This document shows positions 25,716 through 35,733 of a DNA stretch of 58,749 nt, in pieces (the stretch's first letter is position 1; every line of letters starts with the position of its first letter). The notes under the pieces are model-generated. The model had not been told where the DNA came from. It ran no database searches and worked only from the letters and a program-made list of their open reading frames with translations. The translations under genes and the position numbers were made by a program. Origin of the DNA: a virus (taxonomy: Duplodnaviria > Caudoviricetes); the IMG/VR virus record IMGVR_UViG_3300030737_000018, positions 1-58,749 of that record; one strand, written 5' to 3'.

Positions 25716-26414
25716 TTGGCTCCTCTCATGGATACTGGTGAGTCTGACGCTTCGTCGCGTGATGCAGGAAGTGAGGATGGGCAAGGTATGAGCGCAACAC
25801 CCCAAGTCTTTGCCGACGATCTCGCCGTCCGTGGCTGGCAGAACCGCCGTGGATCCGTGGGCAACCCCTACGCCTACCTGGCCCACGTCGGCATCGACGC
25901 GGTGCTGGAGAAGCTGTACCAAGGCAGTAACCTGGTCGACGTGGCCGAGGCGCTGCAGGTCAGCATCACGCTCCTGCGCTCCTGGCTGGACAACGAGGGC
26001 TATTGGCCCAAGATCGAGGAAGCGACGACACTCTCCTCCGAAGGCTATCTCAGCGCAGGGCAGCGGCTGCTCAAGACGGCGTCTTCAAAACTCGAACTGG
26101 ACAAGGCCAAGGCCCTGATCGAGCATGCGCGGTGGATGGCCAGCAAGATCAACAAGCCCGTGTATGGCACCGTCGAGGTGCCTGCGGCAGCCACTACCGT
26201 GAGCTACGTGTTCAACGTCGGCGGTCATGCCCAGATCGTGGCGGGGACGGTGCCCCATGCGCTGCAGAAGCCGGAGGAGGATGTGCGGGTGATGCCGGTG
26301 ACCTTCGCGTTGCCCGGCGTGGCGGAGCCCGAGATAGGGCCCTTCGCCGACGAGGATGAACCAAGTCCGGTCGAGCGGGAGTTTGCAGCGCTGTGGAGCG
26401 ACGCGGGTGAGTGA
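25716..26414 (+). CDS. terS: terminase small subunit (true start possibly ATG 25788)
   Basis: HTH LVDVAEALQVSITLLRSWL; KA.I..ARW.ASK.N..VYG motif; directly upstream of TerL. Confidence 0.75.
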   Translation: MAPLMDTGESDASSRDAGSEDGQGMSATPQVFADDLAVRGWQNRRGSVGNPYAYLAHVGIDAVLEKLYQGSNLVDVAEALQVSITLLRSWLDNEGYWPKIEEATTLSSEGYLSAGQRLLKTASSKLELDKAKALIEHARWMASKINKPVYGTVEVPAAATTVSYVFNVGGHAQIVAGTVPHALQKPEEDVRVMPVTFALPGVAEPEIGPFADEDEPSPVEREFAALWSDAGE

Positions 26415-27909
26415 GGTTAAGCCCAACCCCTACCGCCAGCAGCCTGCGGAGAATGCCCGTAATAGCGTTGGGGGGAACACGCACAGCCATAAGGTCTATA
26501 CGGCGAGCCCAACCCTTACCCGGCTACATGAGTCGAGGGCGAAGGTAAAGTACGCCGAAGGTCCTGTGAACTCGGGAAAGTCCACTGGATGTATTCTCGA
26601 AGTGATCATGCGCGGGTTGCGACAGGCACCCGATGCGGCAGGCGTGCGCAAGAGCCGCTGGGCCATCGTGCGAAACAGTTACCCGGAGTTGAAGTCCACG
26701 ACGATCAAATCGTGGGAGTTGTGGGTGCCACCGCATATGGCACCGGTGGTCTACTCGAGCCCCATTCAGTGCAACTTCAAGCGGAACTTGGCTGATGGCA
26801 CGCGCGTGGAGATGGAGGTCATCTTCCTGGCGATGGACCACCCTGATGACGCGGCGCGGGTGCTCTCCATGGAGCTGACCGGGGTATACATCAACGAAGG
26901 TAAGGAGATCGGCTGGGAGCTGTTCGAGGCCATCAAGGGGCGCACTAACCGCTACCCCCCGGTGGAGAATATGGACGATGGTACGAAACGTGGCGGCGCC
27001 AGTGAACCGGGTATGGTGGTCGATAGTAACCCGCCGCATATTTCGCATTGGCTCTACGAGAAGTTCGAGACCGGCGCCGTGCCCGAGGACTGGCAGAAGT
27101 TCCAGCAGCCGCCGGCGGTGTACTGGGACGAGGCGACGCAGGGTTGGGTGCTCAACCCCGATCGCGAGAACCAGCGGTTTACGGACAAGGAATACTACCC
27201 GGATCTGATCAAAGGTGGTGAGGACAGCTACATCCGCGTGATGCTGGCTGGCGAGTATGGGGCGAGCCGCAAGGGCAAGCCGATCTTCTCGCTGTACAAC
27301 GAGCAGAAGCATATCAGCAAGGTCAAGCTGGAGCCTGATCGCCAGTGGCCGCTTATCGTGGGTCAGGACTTCGGGCTCAATCCAGGATGCTTGATCGGGC
27401 AATTGACACGTCGGGGCATACGCATCACGGACGAAGTGCCCGCGAGTGACGAGTCGTTGGAGAACTTCCTGGAGACGTATCTGGTGCCGCTGCTGGCCAA
27501 GCGCTATCCAGGGTATCCCGTACTGGTGGCAGGTGACCCCGCGGGGCGTGGTCGCTCGGCAAATGACAAGCGCACCTCGTTCGACATCCTCGGCCAGTTC
27601 GGCCTCAAGGGCTTCCCGGCGTACACCAACAACTTCCAAGTGCGCAAGGAAACGGTCGACCACTACCTGCGTCGGGATGAAGGACTCATCATCAGCCCCC
27701 ACTGCACGAACCTGCGTGAGGCTCTCTCGACCGGCTACGTGTGGAAAGAGTCTCGCAACAACAAGGGTGCCAGCCTCGATATCGCCGACAAGAACGAGTT
27801 CAGCCACATCGCGGACGCGCTGCAGTATCTCTGCCTCTGGGCCAAGTACGGCTATCGTCCTCAGCCCGTCCGCGAACACGGCCCCAAGAAAAAGACCATG
27901 ATGGTATAG
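26407..27909 (+). CDS. terL: terminase large subunit
   Basis: Walker A GPVNSGKS; IVRNSYPELK; Walker B GVYINE; DSNPP; nuclease GQDFG, GDPAG and SHIADALQY; GTG 26407 chosen as start. Confidence 0.92.
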   Translation: MSEVKPNPYRQQPAENARNSVGGNTHSHKVYTASPTLTRLHESRAKVKYAEGPVNSGKSTGCILEVIMRGLRQAPDAAGVRKSRWAIVRNSYPELKSTTIKSWELWVPPHMAPVVYSSPIQCNFKRNLADGTRVEMEVIFLAMDHPDDAARVLSMELTGVYINEGKEIGWELFEAIKGRTNRYPPVENMDDGTKRGGASEPGMVVDSNPPHISHWLYEKFETGAVPEDWQKFQQPPAVYWDEATQGWVLNPDRENQRFTDKEYYPDLIKGGEDSYIRVMLAGEYGASRKGKPIFSLYNEQKHISKVKLEPDRQWPLIVGQDFGLNPGCLIGQLTRRGIRITDEVPASDESLENFLETYLVPLLAKRYPGYPVLVAGDPAGRGRSANDKRTSFDILGQFGLKGFPAYTNNFQVRKETVDHYLRRDEGLIISPHCTNLREALSTGYVWKESRNNKGASLDIADKNEFSHIADALQYLCLWAKYGYRPQPVREHGPKKKTMMV

Positions 27910-27927
27910 ACCTTCCCCTGTCGGTCG

Positions 27928-27956
27928 TTGACGAGGGCCGTGCTGCCGTGTAGGGT
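27928..27956 (+). promoter_or_regulatory. possible sigma70 promoter for the portal region
   Basis: TTGACG-17 nt-TAGGGT. Confidence 0.4.
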
Positions 27957-27981
27957 CGGTCCCATTCTGTGGGGTTCCCTG

Positions 27982-28191
27982 ATGCGCATCCGATCCAAAG
28001 CTGAGATGGCAACGTCCTCGCCGAAGCGCTTGGTGGGTAAGCATGCCTTGAAGGTATGTAGTTTGGAGGACGCGCTCGGTAAACTAGGGTCGGGGAAGAT
28101 GACACCGCAAGACTTTTCGGTGCTTCAGGAGATGGTAGGTAAGCTACAGGGCGGACTGACTCTGCCAAGTATACCGACAGGGACCAAATAA
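27982..28191 (+). CDS. hypothetical protein (69 aa)
   Basis: Fills the gap between terL and portal. Confidence 0.5.
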   Translation: MRIRSKAEMATSSPKRLVGKHALKVCSLEDALGKLGSGKMTPQDFSVLQEMVGKLQGGLTLPSIPTGTK

Positions 28192-28192
28192 G

Positions 28193-30247
28193 GTGCTGAC
28201 CAACAACCCCCCCGGCGGCACCGAGAAGGTCAACCCCTTCGTCGAGGAAGTGACCAATATCGAGTTCCAGGACGCGCTGGCGCGGTATATCCGCGAGCGC
28301 TACGTCGAGGCCTACAACCACAAGGTCCAGAACGGCACCGAGGCGCGGCTACTGCGAAATCTGCGCGTAAAGAAGGCGGTGTATCAGCCCGAAGAGCTGG
28401 CGATGGTGGGCGAGATTGACGTGTACATCGGCATCGCTGCGCTGAAGTCCCGCGCAGCGGAGTCGTGGCTGCTGGACGTGGTGATGAACACCATGGAGAA
28501 ACCATGGACGCTGACACCCTCACCGATCCCGGATCTGCCAGCTGATGTGAAAGAGCAAGCTATCACCATGCTGGCCAACGAGGTCAATGACCCAAACTCG
28601 GGCATGCAGACCATGGACGACGTGCGTCAGCGCGCGGGGGATCTCAAGAAGTCTGTGTTGGCCTACCTGGCCAAGAAGGCGAAAGAGTCGACGGGTCAGA
28701 TGGAGAACCTGATCGAAGAGCAGATGGACGACGGTCTGTGGAAGAAGACCTTCGCCGAGTTCCTTGCTGATCTGTGCACCTACCCGGCCGCCATCATCCG
28801 TGCGCCGGTGGTGATCCAGAAGACCAAAGCGACCTACAAGGGCAACGCGGTCGTCGCCGAGAGCGTGGGGCTGCCCACTACGCGTTGCGTGAGCCCCTTC
28901 GATGCCTATCCGTCCCCGGCCAGTACCACGACGCAGGATGGTGACTATTTCCTGGAGCGGCTGCGCTTCTCGCGTGCCAAGCTCTATGAGCTGAAGGACA
29001 TCGAGAGTTTCGATGAAGTCAATGTGCGCCTCGCGCTCAAGGCGTATCCCAACGGCTTTCAGCTCAACCAGAACCACGACTGGGAGCGCGACCGTCTCGA
29101 AGGCACGGCACCCGATATCCAGTACAGCACACGTTTGCTGGACGTGCTCATTTTCAACGGTGTGTTGCCGGGTCACTTTCTGATCGCCAAGGGCGTGCTG
29201 GTCGATGATCCCCAGCGGCACTACGAGGCGGAAGTCTGGGTCTGCGGCGACTTTACGCTGCGCGCCGTGCTCAACCCCAACCCGGTGTCGGCGCGGCCGA
29301 TCCACATGACCAGCTTCGCCAAGCGCAACGGGGCGTTCTGGGGCGATTCGCCGATCGACCTGGTATATGACATTCAGCGGGTGTGTAATTCCCTGGTCCG
29401 CGCCATGGTTCGGAATGCGGCATACAGCTCAGGCCCGATGGCCGAGGTGGCGGCGGATCGCTTCGCTTCGGGTGAGGACATCACCCAGATCGACCCCTAT
29501 CGCATGTACTTCGTGCAGCCCGATCTCAGTGGCACCGGGGGTAAGGCCATCCAGTTCAATAGCGTGCCCTCGGTGCTGGCCGAGCTGACCCCCACCCTCG
29601 ACCGCTTCATGAAGATGGCCGACGACATCTCGGGCATCCCGGCTTACGTGATTGGTAACCCGCAGGTGTCCGGCGCGGGGCGCACGATGGGCGGCCTGTC
29701 TATGCTCATGGGCAATGCGGCCAAGGGTATCAAGTCGGTGATGCTCAACATCGACAACGACTGCATCAGCGAGGTGGTGAGGAGCTTCTACTACTTCAAT
29801 CTCGTCACGTCGGATGATCCGACCATCAAGTCCGATGCCGACATCGTGGCGCAGGGCACCAGCGGGCTGCTCCAGCGCGAGCTGCAGCAGAGCCGCATGA
29901 CCGAGTTGCTCCAGCTGCTTACCCCGTACGTGCAGCTGCAGGTGGTGACACCGCAGGCCATTCAGTACATGCTGCGCCAAGTGCTGCAGGACCAGGGGCT
30001 CGACGTGGACAAGATCATTCCCGATCCGGACGCGCAGGAAGCGCAGCAGACTCAGGCGCGGCAGCAGGCCATTCAAGAGGCGGCCGGGGGTCAGCCGGGG
30101 GTCGGGCCGGACCAGGCCAAACCACAACAGCCGCCGGTGCCCGGCGCGCAGGGCGCGATCAGCGCTTCGGGGCCGCCTGCCGCGACGCCACCACAGGTCG
30201 GCATCAAGTACGCGTTGCCGCCTCCTTCACCTTCTCCAGGAGCCTAA
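28193..30247 (+). CDS. portal protein (podovirus-type)
   Basis: 684 aa after TerL; AAESWL, KPWTL.P.P.PDLP, VSPFD.YP.P, FWG, SGIPAY..G, GAGRT..GLSMLM; Gln/Pro-rich tail. Confidence 0.85.
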   Translation: MLTNNPPGGTEKVNPFVEEVTNIEFQDALARYIRERYVEAYNHKVQNGTEARLLRNLRVKKAVYQPEELAMVGEIDVYIGIAALKSRAAESWLLDVVMNTMEKPWTLTPSPIPDLPADVKEQAITMLANEVNDPNSGMQTMDDVRQRAGDLKKSVLAYLAKKAKESTGQMENLIEEQMDDGLWKKTFAEFLADLCTYPAAIIRAPVVIQKTKATYKGNAVVAESVGLPTTRCVSPFDAYPSPASTTTQDGDYFLERLRFSRAKLYELKDIESFDEVNVRLALKAYPNGFQLNQNHDWERDRLEGTAPDIQYSTRLLDVLIFNGVLPGHFLIAKGVLVDDPQRHYEAEVWVCGDFTLRAVLNPNPVSARPIHMTSFAKRNGAFWGDSPIDLVYDIQRVCNSLVRAMVRNAAYSSGPMAEVAADRFASGEDITQIDPYRMYFVQPDLSGTGGKAIQFNSVPSVLAELTPTLDRFMKMADDISGIPAYVIGNPQVSGAGRTMGGLSMLMGNAAKGIKSVMLNIDNDCISEVVRSFYYFNLVTSDDPTIKSDADIVAQGTSGLLQRELQQSRMTELLQLLTPYVQLQVVTPQAIQYMLRQVLQDQGLDVDKIIPDPDAQEAQQTQARQQAIQEAAGGQPGVGPDQAKPQQPPVPGAQGAISASGPPAATPPQVGIKYALPPPSPSPGA

Positions 30248-30250
30248 GTC

Positions 30251-31891
30251 ATGGCCGGTCCCTTTCAGCCCCTCAATCAGCAAGTCGCGCTGCCTAGCGC
30301 GGACAGCGGTGGCGCGGACGGCTTGGTGCTGTTCAACGCGCAGTCCACGTCCCAGACCAGTCCTACGGTCCAGATCGTTGCCACGCCGGTCGTGCTCAAG
30401 GCGTACAACCTGCAGGAGGGGCAGAGCGTTGCGATCAACAACTACTACGCGCAGACGAACCAATCCTCGCCCTATACCCGCGCGGGTACGGCGGTGGTCC
30501 TGACGCCGGACAACACGACGGAGGTGCTGTTCCTGACCGGTGCTTACCAGCTGGTCTTCACGGGCACACTCGGCACGCTGGTGGTGACAGGCACGCCGCT
30601 ACCGCAGGTGAATATCGTGGGACAGGATGCTGACTTGGTCAGCCTGCTGCGTTCGCCAGTGGCCTTCCCCAACCCCTTGTTCGGCCCGTCGAGCACGGCG
30701 ATCGTCAGCACCAAGGTGCAGGTGGGTCCGACGCCCATGGTATTTCGTGCGTATGGGCTGAGCGGCGATCAGAGCATCACCGTGCTAAACGTCTTCTCCC
30801 AGAACGGCACGGACACCGTGGTGCCGCTGAGTGTCGCCGGCGTGGACGCGACGATCACGGCGACCAACAACCAGCTGGTGCTGGATTTGTCGGGCACCTA
30901 TGCCTTCCAGATCGAGACGCCGATCACCGGGCTGGTGCTGATCGGTCAGGAGACGGCGGCGGCGTCGCTTGACCCCTACACCCTCTACGAGACGCAGGTG
31001 GCCTCGGAAGCGGCCGTGGCCGCAGCCGCCGCAGCGCTTGTTTCCCAGAATGCCGCTGCGGCATCCGCTACCAGTGCCGCTACGTCGGCTTCGACGGCGT
31101 CGGCGGATGCGACGAGTGCAGGAGCTTCGGCCACCAGCGCCACAGCCTCGGCAGCGACAGCGACAACGCAAGCGGGTATTGCGACGACCCAGGCCACCAA
31201 TGCAGCAGCCTCCGCGACGGCGGCAGCAGGCAGCGCGACAACGGCCGGGACGGATGCGACCAATGCCGCCGCGTCGGCGTCGACGGCATCGACAGCGGCG
31301 ACGACAGCGACCACCCAGGCAGGCCTCGCCACCACACAGGCAACCAACGCGGCGACCAGTGCGTCGACAGCGTCCGCCGCGGCCACCACGGCGACGACCG
31401 AAGCAGGTACAGCGACCACGGCGGCCACCACGGCGACGACGCAAGCGGGTAACGCCTCTACCAGCGCCAGTGCGGCGGCCAGCAGCGCGAGTGGCGCAGC
31501 TTCCAGTGCAGCCAGTGCAGCGACCTCCGCGGCCAGTGCGGCCACTTCGGCGGCCTCCCCGCGTACTCATCCCTCGCAGGTGATCAACTCCAGTAGCGGC
31601 GTGGTCACTATCAATCTGGCCAGTAACGTCGAGGACTACTACCTGACGCTGACGGAAAACGTCACGAGCTGGGTATTCCAGAATGCGCCGGCCTCGGGCT
31701 TCGACGTGAAGATCAACGTCATTCTGCAGCAGGCGGCGTCAGCCAAGACCTGCGTATCTCCAGCGACCTCGGGCCATACGTCGGGCGGGGCGTGGACGGT
31801 AAGTGCGACAGTCAACTCGGTCCAGTGGCTTGACCTTGTCGTCAACAGCGCAGGTACGGTAAAGATGCTGCCCGAAGCGGTGCTTGCATAA
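30251..31891 (+). CDS. fibre-like virion protein: two N-terminal beta repeats, Ala/Thr/Ser coiled stalk, C-terminal domain
   Basis: About 185-aa A/T/S-rich repeat segment (ATTATTQAG units); C-terminal VTINL...LTLT.NVT...NAPASG. Confidence 0.7.
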   Translation: MAGPFQPLNQQVALPSADSGGADGLVLFNAQSTSQTSPTVQIVATPVVLKAYNLQEGQSVAINNYYAQTNQSSPYTRAGTAVVLTPDNTTEVLFLTGAYQLVFTGTLGTLVVTGTPLPQVNIVGQDADLVSLLRSPVAFPNPLFGPSSTAIVSTKVQVGPTPMVFRAYGLSGDQSITVLNVFSQNGTDTVVPLSVAGVDATITATNNQLVLDLSGTYAFQIETPITGLVLIGQETAAASLDPYTLYETQVASEAAVAAAAAALVSQNAAAASATSAATSASTASADATSAGASATSATASAATATTQAGIATTQATNAAASATAAAGSATTAGTDATNAAASASTASTAATTATTQAGLATTQATNAATSASTASAAATTATTEAGTATTAATTATTQAGNASTSASAAASSASGAASSAASAATSAASAATSAASPRTHPSQVINSSSGVVTINLASNVEDYYLTLTENVTSWVFQNAPASGFDVKINVILQQAASAKTCVSPATSGHTSGGAWTVSATVNSVQWLDLVVNSAGTVKMLPEAVLA

Positions 31892-33003
31892 TGCAGAATG
31901 CCAACCTCTCGACCGGCCGCCGGCTTGTCAGTGTCCCTACCGTCGCGGTGGGCGGCACGGACGAGCTGGTGCTGTTTGGGCGGTACGCGACGAGCCCTAT
32001 TAGCCCTATGGTGCAGGTAGGTAATGCGCCAGTGGTGTTGAAGGCGTATGGGCTACTGGATGGCGAGACGGTGACGGTGCAGAATTTCTACGCACCGACA
32101 GGGACGATGGTGCCCTACAGCTACAAAGGCAACCCCACTGTTCTGACCAACCAGCAGTCAACCGCGGTGCTGGCGATCACGGGCAATTACAAGCTGGTGT
32201 TTGCTGGCGCGGCCCTGGGCAATGTGCTGGTGACGGCGACGACGCTCAGTGGCAAGAACGAGAGTGTGGATCTCGGGGCGCTGCGCAGCCAGCTAGCTAA
32301 TCCGAATCTTTACTTCGGGCCGGGCGTTACCAGTACGCTGAGTCAGAAGGTGCAGGTCACCGGCGCGCCTTGGGTATTCCGTGCGTACGGGCTGACAGCA
32401 GGCGTGACGATCCAGGCGCTGAATGTGGTGCAGACGGAGGCCGGGGAGACCACAGCTCCGCTGACGCAAGCGCTAGAAACGTACGAATTGTCGGAATCCG
32501 ACACCACGATCGTGCTGGAGCTGGCTGGCAGCTATCGTTTCCAGGTGACGGGCGATCCGACGGGCGTGCTGCTCGTCGGCAATGAAAATCCCATCCTCTT
32601 CATCGACCCCTATATTCCGCAGGGCCCCCCTGGTCAGCAAGGCCCACCAGGGACGGGGGTGACGGTTATTGTCGCTACAGCGCAGACGAGCTTGTCGGGC
32701 GAAAGTGTCGTGGCTATCGCCAACGGCTACGCCTATTATCCTGACCTGACCAATCCCGAGGACGTAAGCAATATCGTAGGGATCACGCTGGAGGCAGCAG
32801 CAGAAGGGGCCTCTGTACAAGTGACAACAAATGGCTCTTTTACCGAGAGCGCATGGAGCTGGTCGCCAGGACTCATCTTCTGTACGGTGTCGGGTGGCCA
32901 GCTAACGCAGAATCCCGCGAGCGACGGGGCGATTATCGAGGTGGCCAAGGCCACGACAGCAACCACTATCCAGACCGGCATCGGCCTGGCCATTTTGAGG
33001 TAA
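31891..33003 (+). CDS. fibre/decoration protein, N-terminal paralog of the upstream gene, with short collagen-like linker
   Basis: Shared LVLF...SP.VQ...PVVLKAY.L repeats; QGPPGQQGPPG; C-terminal IVGITLEAAAEG.SVQV. Confidence 0.7.
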   Translation: MQNANLSTGRRLVSVPTVAVGGTDELVLFGRYATSPISPMVQVGNAPVVLKAYGLLDGETVTVQNFYAPTGTMVPYSYKGNPTVLTNQQSTAVLAITGNYKLVFAGAALGNVLVTATTLSGKNESVDLGALRSQLANPNLYFGPGVTSTLSQKVQVTGAPWVFRAYGLTAGVTIQALNVVQTEAGETTAPLTQALETYELSESDTTIVLELAGSYRFQVTGDPTGVLLVGNENPILFIDPYIPQGPPGQQGPPGTGVTVIVATAQTSLSGESVVAIANGYAYYPDLTNPEDVSNIVGITLEAAAEGASVQVTTNGSFTESAWSWSPGLIFCTVSGGQLTQNPASDGAIIEVAKATTATTIQTGIGLAILR

Positions 33004-33010
33004 CGACGTC

Positions 33011-33535
33011 ATGGCTGGAAACACCTATCTTGCACGCGACACCACGACGCAGCTTCCGAAGGAAGTCGCGGCTTCACAGACTTCAGCAGGCGCGGGTAGC
33101 GCAGGGCAGATTGTTGCCCTGAATTCATCGGGGGTTCTCGACTCCACACTATTTCCCGCAGGTTTCGGCGAGGCGTCGATAACGGCGGTGGCTTCGGAGG
33201 CGTTGGCCGCAGGAGCAATGGTTAACCTCTGGTCCAATGCGGGAGTACTTAATGTGCGTAATGCGAATGCGACGGACGCTACCAAGCCCGTTTCAGGGTT
33301 CGTTACTGCGGCTTTCGCCTCTTCGGCAACAGCGACAATTTATTTCTTCGGCCAGATCGTAACGGGCGTCTCGGGCCTGACGATCGGCGCGCCGGTGTAC
33401 CTGGGTACGACAGCAGGTGTAGTAACGCCGACGGCACCGAGTGCCAGTGGCAACTTGGTATGTGTGCTGAGTCAGGCAGCGATCAGCGCCACGTCATTTG
33501 TGCTGGAAAAGGTGAGTTCGATCATTCATGCCTAA
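33011..33535 (+). CDS. virion structural protein (capsid cement/decoration-like)
   Basis: ASEALAAGAMVN, GFV, GLTIGAPVYL.TTAG..T.TAP. Confidence 0.65.
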   Translation: MAGNTYLARDTTTQLPKEVAASQTSAGAGSAGQIVALNSSGVLDSTLFPAGFGEASITAVASEALAAGAMVNLWSNAGVLNVRNANATDATKPVSGFVTAAFASSATATIYFFGQIVTGVSGLTIGAPVYLGTTAGVVTPTAPSASGNLVCVLSQAAISATSFVLEKVSSIIHA

Positions 33536-34283
33536 TGCGCTGATTCGTGACCCTACGACGCAGTTGCCCGCTGATTTTTCGGCGGGCTTCCTTGCGCCAC
33601 CGGAATACATCGACGACCTGGAACTACAGTACGCCAATACGGTCGGCCTTAATGTCATGCCAGGATCGTGCTATATCCCATCGCTGGGCTACGCCGTCAA
33701 TAATCCATCGACGATTTCTCTTTCCAGCATGACGGTGACAGGAGGTACCTGGTATCACGTCTACGCTTACATGTCGGGAAGTACTTTCTCCGCGGAGTAC
33801 AACACGACAGCACCCGTGGCTTATTCGGGCTCACAGGGCTACACCAAGACGGGCGACAATTCGCGACGATACCTTGGTAGTTTTTACGCCCTTTCGAGCA
33901 TCAATATCGCCAAGTTTTTGCAGACTGGTAATACGGTGCAGTGGCTGGCTACCGTCACGCTGCTATCCGCTGGAACGAATAGCACCGCATATACTTCAGG
34001 GTCGCTTAATGTGGTGACAGCGGGTGCTGCGCCAGTCACTGGACGCAGTCTTTCTCTGCGTTTGGTTAATCAAGCGACCGTAGGAAGTGTCGGTTTATCT
34101 AATGCCGATGCCGCTCTGACGATACCTTCCGCCTTGGTCGTCATGATGCCATCGACCAGCGGCTATGCACCGATGCCTATAAGCCAAGGCACTAGTCCGG
34201 GTACGATCCAATACTGCTACACAGCAACGCCTACCGGGGCGTCTGTAACTATTGCTGTTATTGGGTATACCTTCAACCGATGA
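33528..34283 (+). CDS. putative fibre tip/receptor-binding protein
   Basis: WYHVYAY, KTGDNSRRYLGSF and terminal V.GY..R pattern; lower GC than flanks. Confidence 0.6.
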   Translation: MPNALIRDPTTQLPADFSAGFLAPPEYIDDLELQYANTVGLNVMPGSCYIPSLGYAVNNPSTISLSSMTVTGGTWYHVYAYMSGSTFSAEYNTTAPVAYSGSQGYTKTGDNSRRYLGSFYALSSINIAKFLQTGNTVQWLATVTLLSAGTNSTAYTSGSLNVVTAGAAPVTGRSLSLRLVNQATVGSVGLSNADAALTIPSALVVMMPSTSGYAPMPISQGTSPGTIQYCYTATPTGASVTIAVIGYTFNR

Positions 34284-34468
34284 CTCCCTACCGCCAACAG
34301 CACAAAGCAACGTGGTGGCAAGCAGTTGCCCTGTCGGCCTGCCTGAGTGCCGTGGGTTTCGCTTCGGTCCGTTTGGTGGACACGTACCGTTCCAGTGCTG
34401 TAAGTACCGCGCAAATACCCGATATCCTTACCCGTCTGGGTGCCCTCGAAGCGAGAAAGTGTCCATGA
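34280..34468 (+). CDS. small membrane protein
   Basis: WWQAVALSACLSAVGFASV hydrophobic segment; ATGA overlaps; near the lysis genes. Confidence 0.5.
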   Translation: MTPYRQQHKATWWQAVALSACLSAVGFASVRLVDTYRSSAVSTAQIPDILTRLGALEARKCP

Positions 34469-34824
34469 CTGCTGCCCGTAAAGTGATCGTCGAGCACCCC
34501 GCGCATCGTAACTTGGTGCGCGCAGCGCGTGAACTAGGGAAAGCCAAATTGGTTGACGGCATACCTGACTCGGCTATCTATCTCATCGAAAATGCGGATT
34601 CTCTGGTGCGTGGGTCGATTGATGTGTTGCTCGAACTCGATCCTCTGAAGAGCGAGTTGGGAACCATTGTCATGTTTCTCAGGGAATCATTAACCCGGCG
34701 TATGGAGAAAGTCGAAGGGGAGATGCGCGAGGTGTACGAGATTACCGACGAGTACTTGCTTGGGAAGGCGGCGCAAAGGGCATTTGCGTTGCCTCGCATG
34801 TTCACTAAAGGGGATGGCACATGA
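34465..34824 (+). CDS. hypothetical protein
   Basis: 119-aa ORF (MTAARKVIV...) coupled at both ends. Confidence 0.55.
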   Translation: MTAARKVIVEHPAHRNLVRAARELGKAKLVDGIPDSAIYLIENADSLVRGSIDVLLELDPLKSELGTIVMFLRESLTRRMEKVEGEMREVYEITDEYLLGKAAQRAFALPRMFTKGDGT

Positions 34825-35078
34825 AGATGATCCAGCTGGGCGTTCCGCTACACCGTCTGTGGAGCCTTCGCTTCAGTATCGCGGCGACAATCTATAGTGC
34901 CGCCGCTGGCGGCTGGGAAGTCATGCCGCATGACTGGCGTCCCGACTTGACCCATACCGAGCAGATGATCCTGGCCGGCATTGGTGTGCTTATCCCAGCT
35001 GCTGCGGCCGTGTCCCGCGTGATTGCGCAGCCCAGCTTGCACGAGCCGCCTGCGTCGCCGGACGATCCAAAATGCTAG
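34821..35078 (+). CDS. putative holin (2 TM)
   Basis: RLWSLRF, two hydrophobic segments, SRVIAQP.L; directly before the endolysin. Confidence 0.7.
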   Translation: MKMIQLGVPLHRLWSLRFSIAATIYSAAAGGWEVMPHDWRPDLTHTEQMILAGIGVLIPAAAAVSRVIAQPSLHEPPASPDDPKC

Positions 35079-35611
35079 ACACAGCGACGCTTGCCTCGTG
35101 TACGGGCGCGAGTGTGGCCAGGGCTACATTGTTTGTGGATAGCCTCAATGAGGCCATGCAGGCGTATGAGATCAACTCAACTGCCCGGCAGGCGGCGTTC
35201 CTGTCAGAGATCGGGTATGAGTCTGGGTATCTTGTCTACACGACGGAGCTGTGGGGGCCGACGCCGGTGCAGCAGGGCTATGAAGGCCGGGCAGATCTAG
35301 GCAACACGCAGCCGGGAGATGGACCGCTGTTTCGCGGGCGCGGACTCATCATGATCACGGGCCGCGCGAATTACACCGCAGCGGCGGAAGCGCTTTGCTT
35401 GGACTGTGTTAACCAACCTACGCTGTTGGCTATGCCTGAATGGGCCTCGGTAAGCGCCGCTTGGTGGTGGTCGACGCATGGTCTAAATACGCTGGCGGAT
35501 GCGGGCAACTACGAAGCCATCACCCGAACGATAAATGGCGGACTGACAGGGTATGAAGGTCGGTGTACGCTATGGGCGCAAGCCAAACAAGCACTGGGAG
35601 TAGGCACATGA
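35072..35611 (+). CDS. glycoside hydrolase family 19 endolysin
   Basis: RQAAFL..I..ES, YEGRADLGNTQPGDG, FRGRGLI.ITGRANY, SAAWWW, ITRTINGG. Confidence 0.9.
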   Translation: MLDTATLASCTGASVARATLFVDSLNEAMQAYEINSTARQAAFLSEIGYESGYLVYTTELWGPTPVQQGYEGRADLGNTQPGDGPLFRGRGLIMITGRANYTAAAEALCLDCVNQPTLLAMPEWASVSAAWWWSTHGLNTLADAGNYEAITRTINGGLTGYEGRCTLWAQAKQALGVGT

Positions 35612-35733
35612 ATTTTTTCAAGCGATTGAAGGCAGCATGGCTGGTGTTGGTCGGTAAGTGGGAAGTGCTCGAAAAGGCCGAGCTGGTGAAGATCAAAGCT
35701 GACGCCAAGGCGGCCGAGAGTAAGCTGCCATGA
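35608..35733 (+). CDS. 41-aa basic amphipathic peptide in the lysis cassette
   Basis: MNFFKRLKAAWLVLVGKWEVLEKAELVKIKADAKAAESKLP; GGAG RBS; ATGA overlaps at both ends. Confidence 0.6.
   Translation: MNFFKRLKAAWLVLVGKWEVLEKAELVKIKADAKAAESKLP

Noticed and set aside
30251-34283. Diversity-generating retroelement or invertible tail-fibre switch
   Set aside because: No reverse transcriptase, recombinase or near-identical template/variable repeat pair seen; the paralogy is old and at protein level
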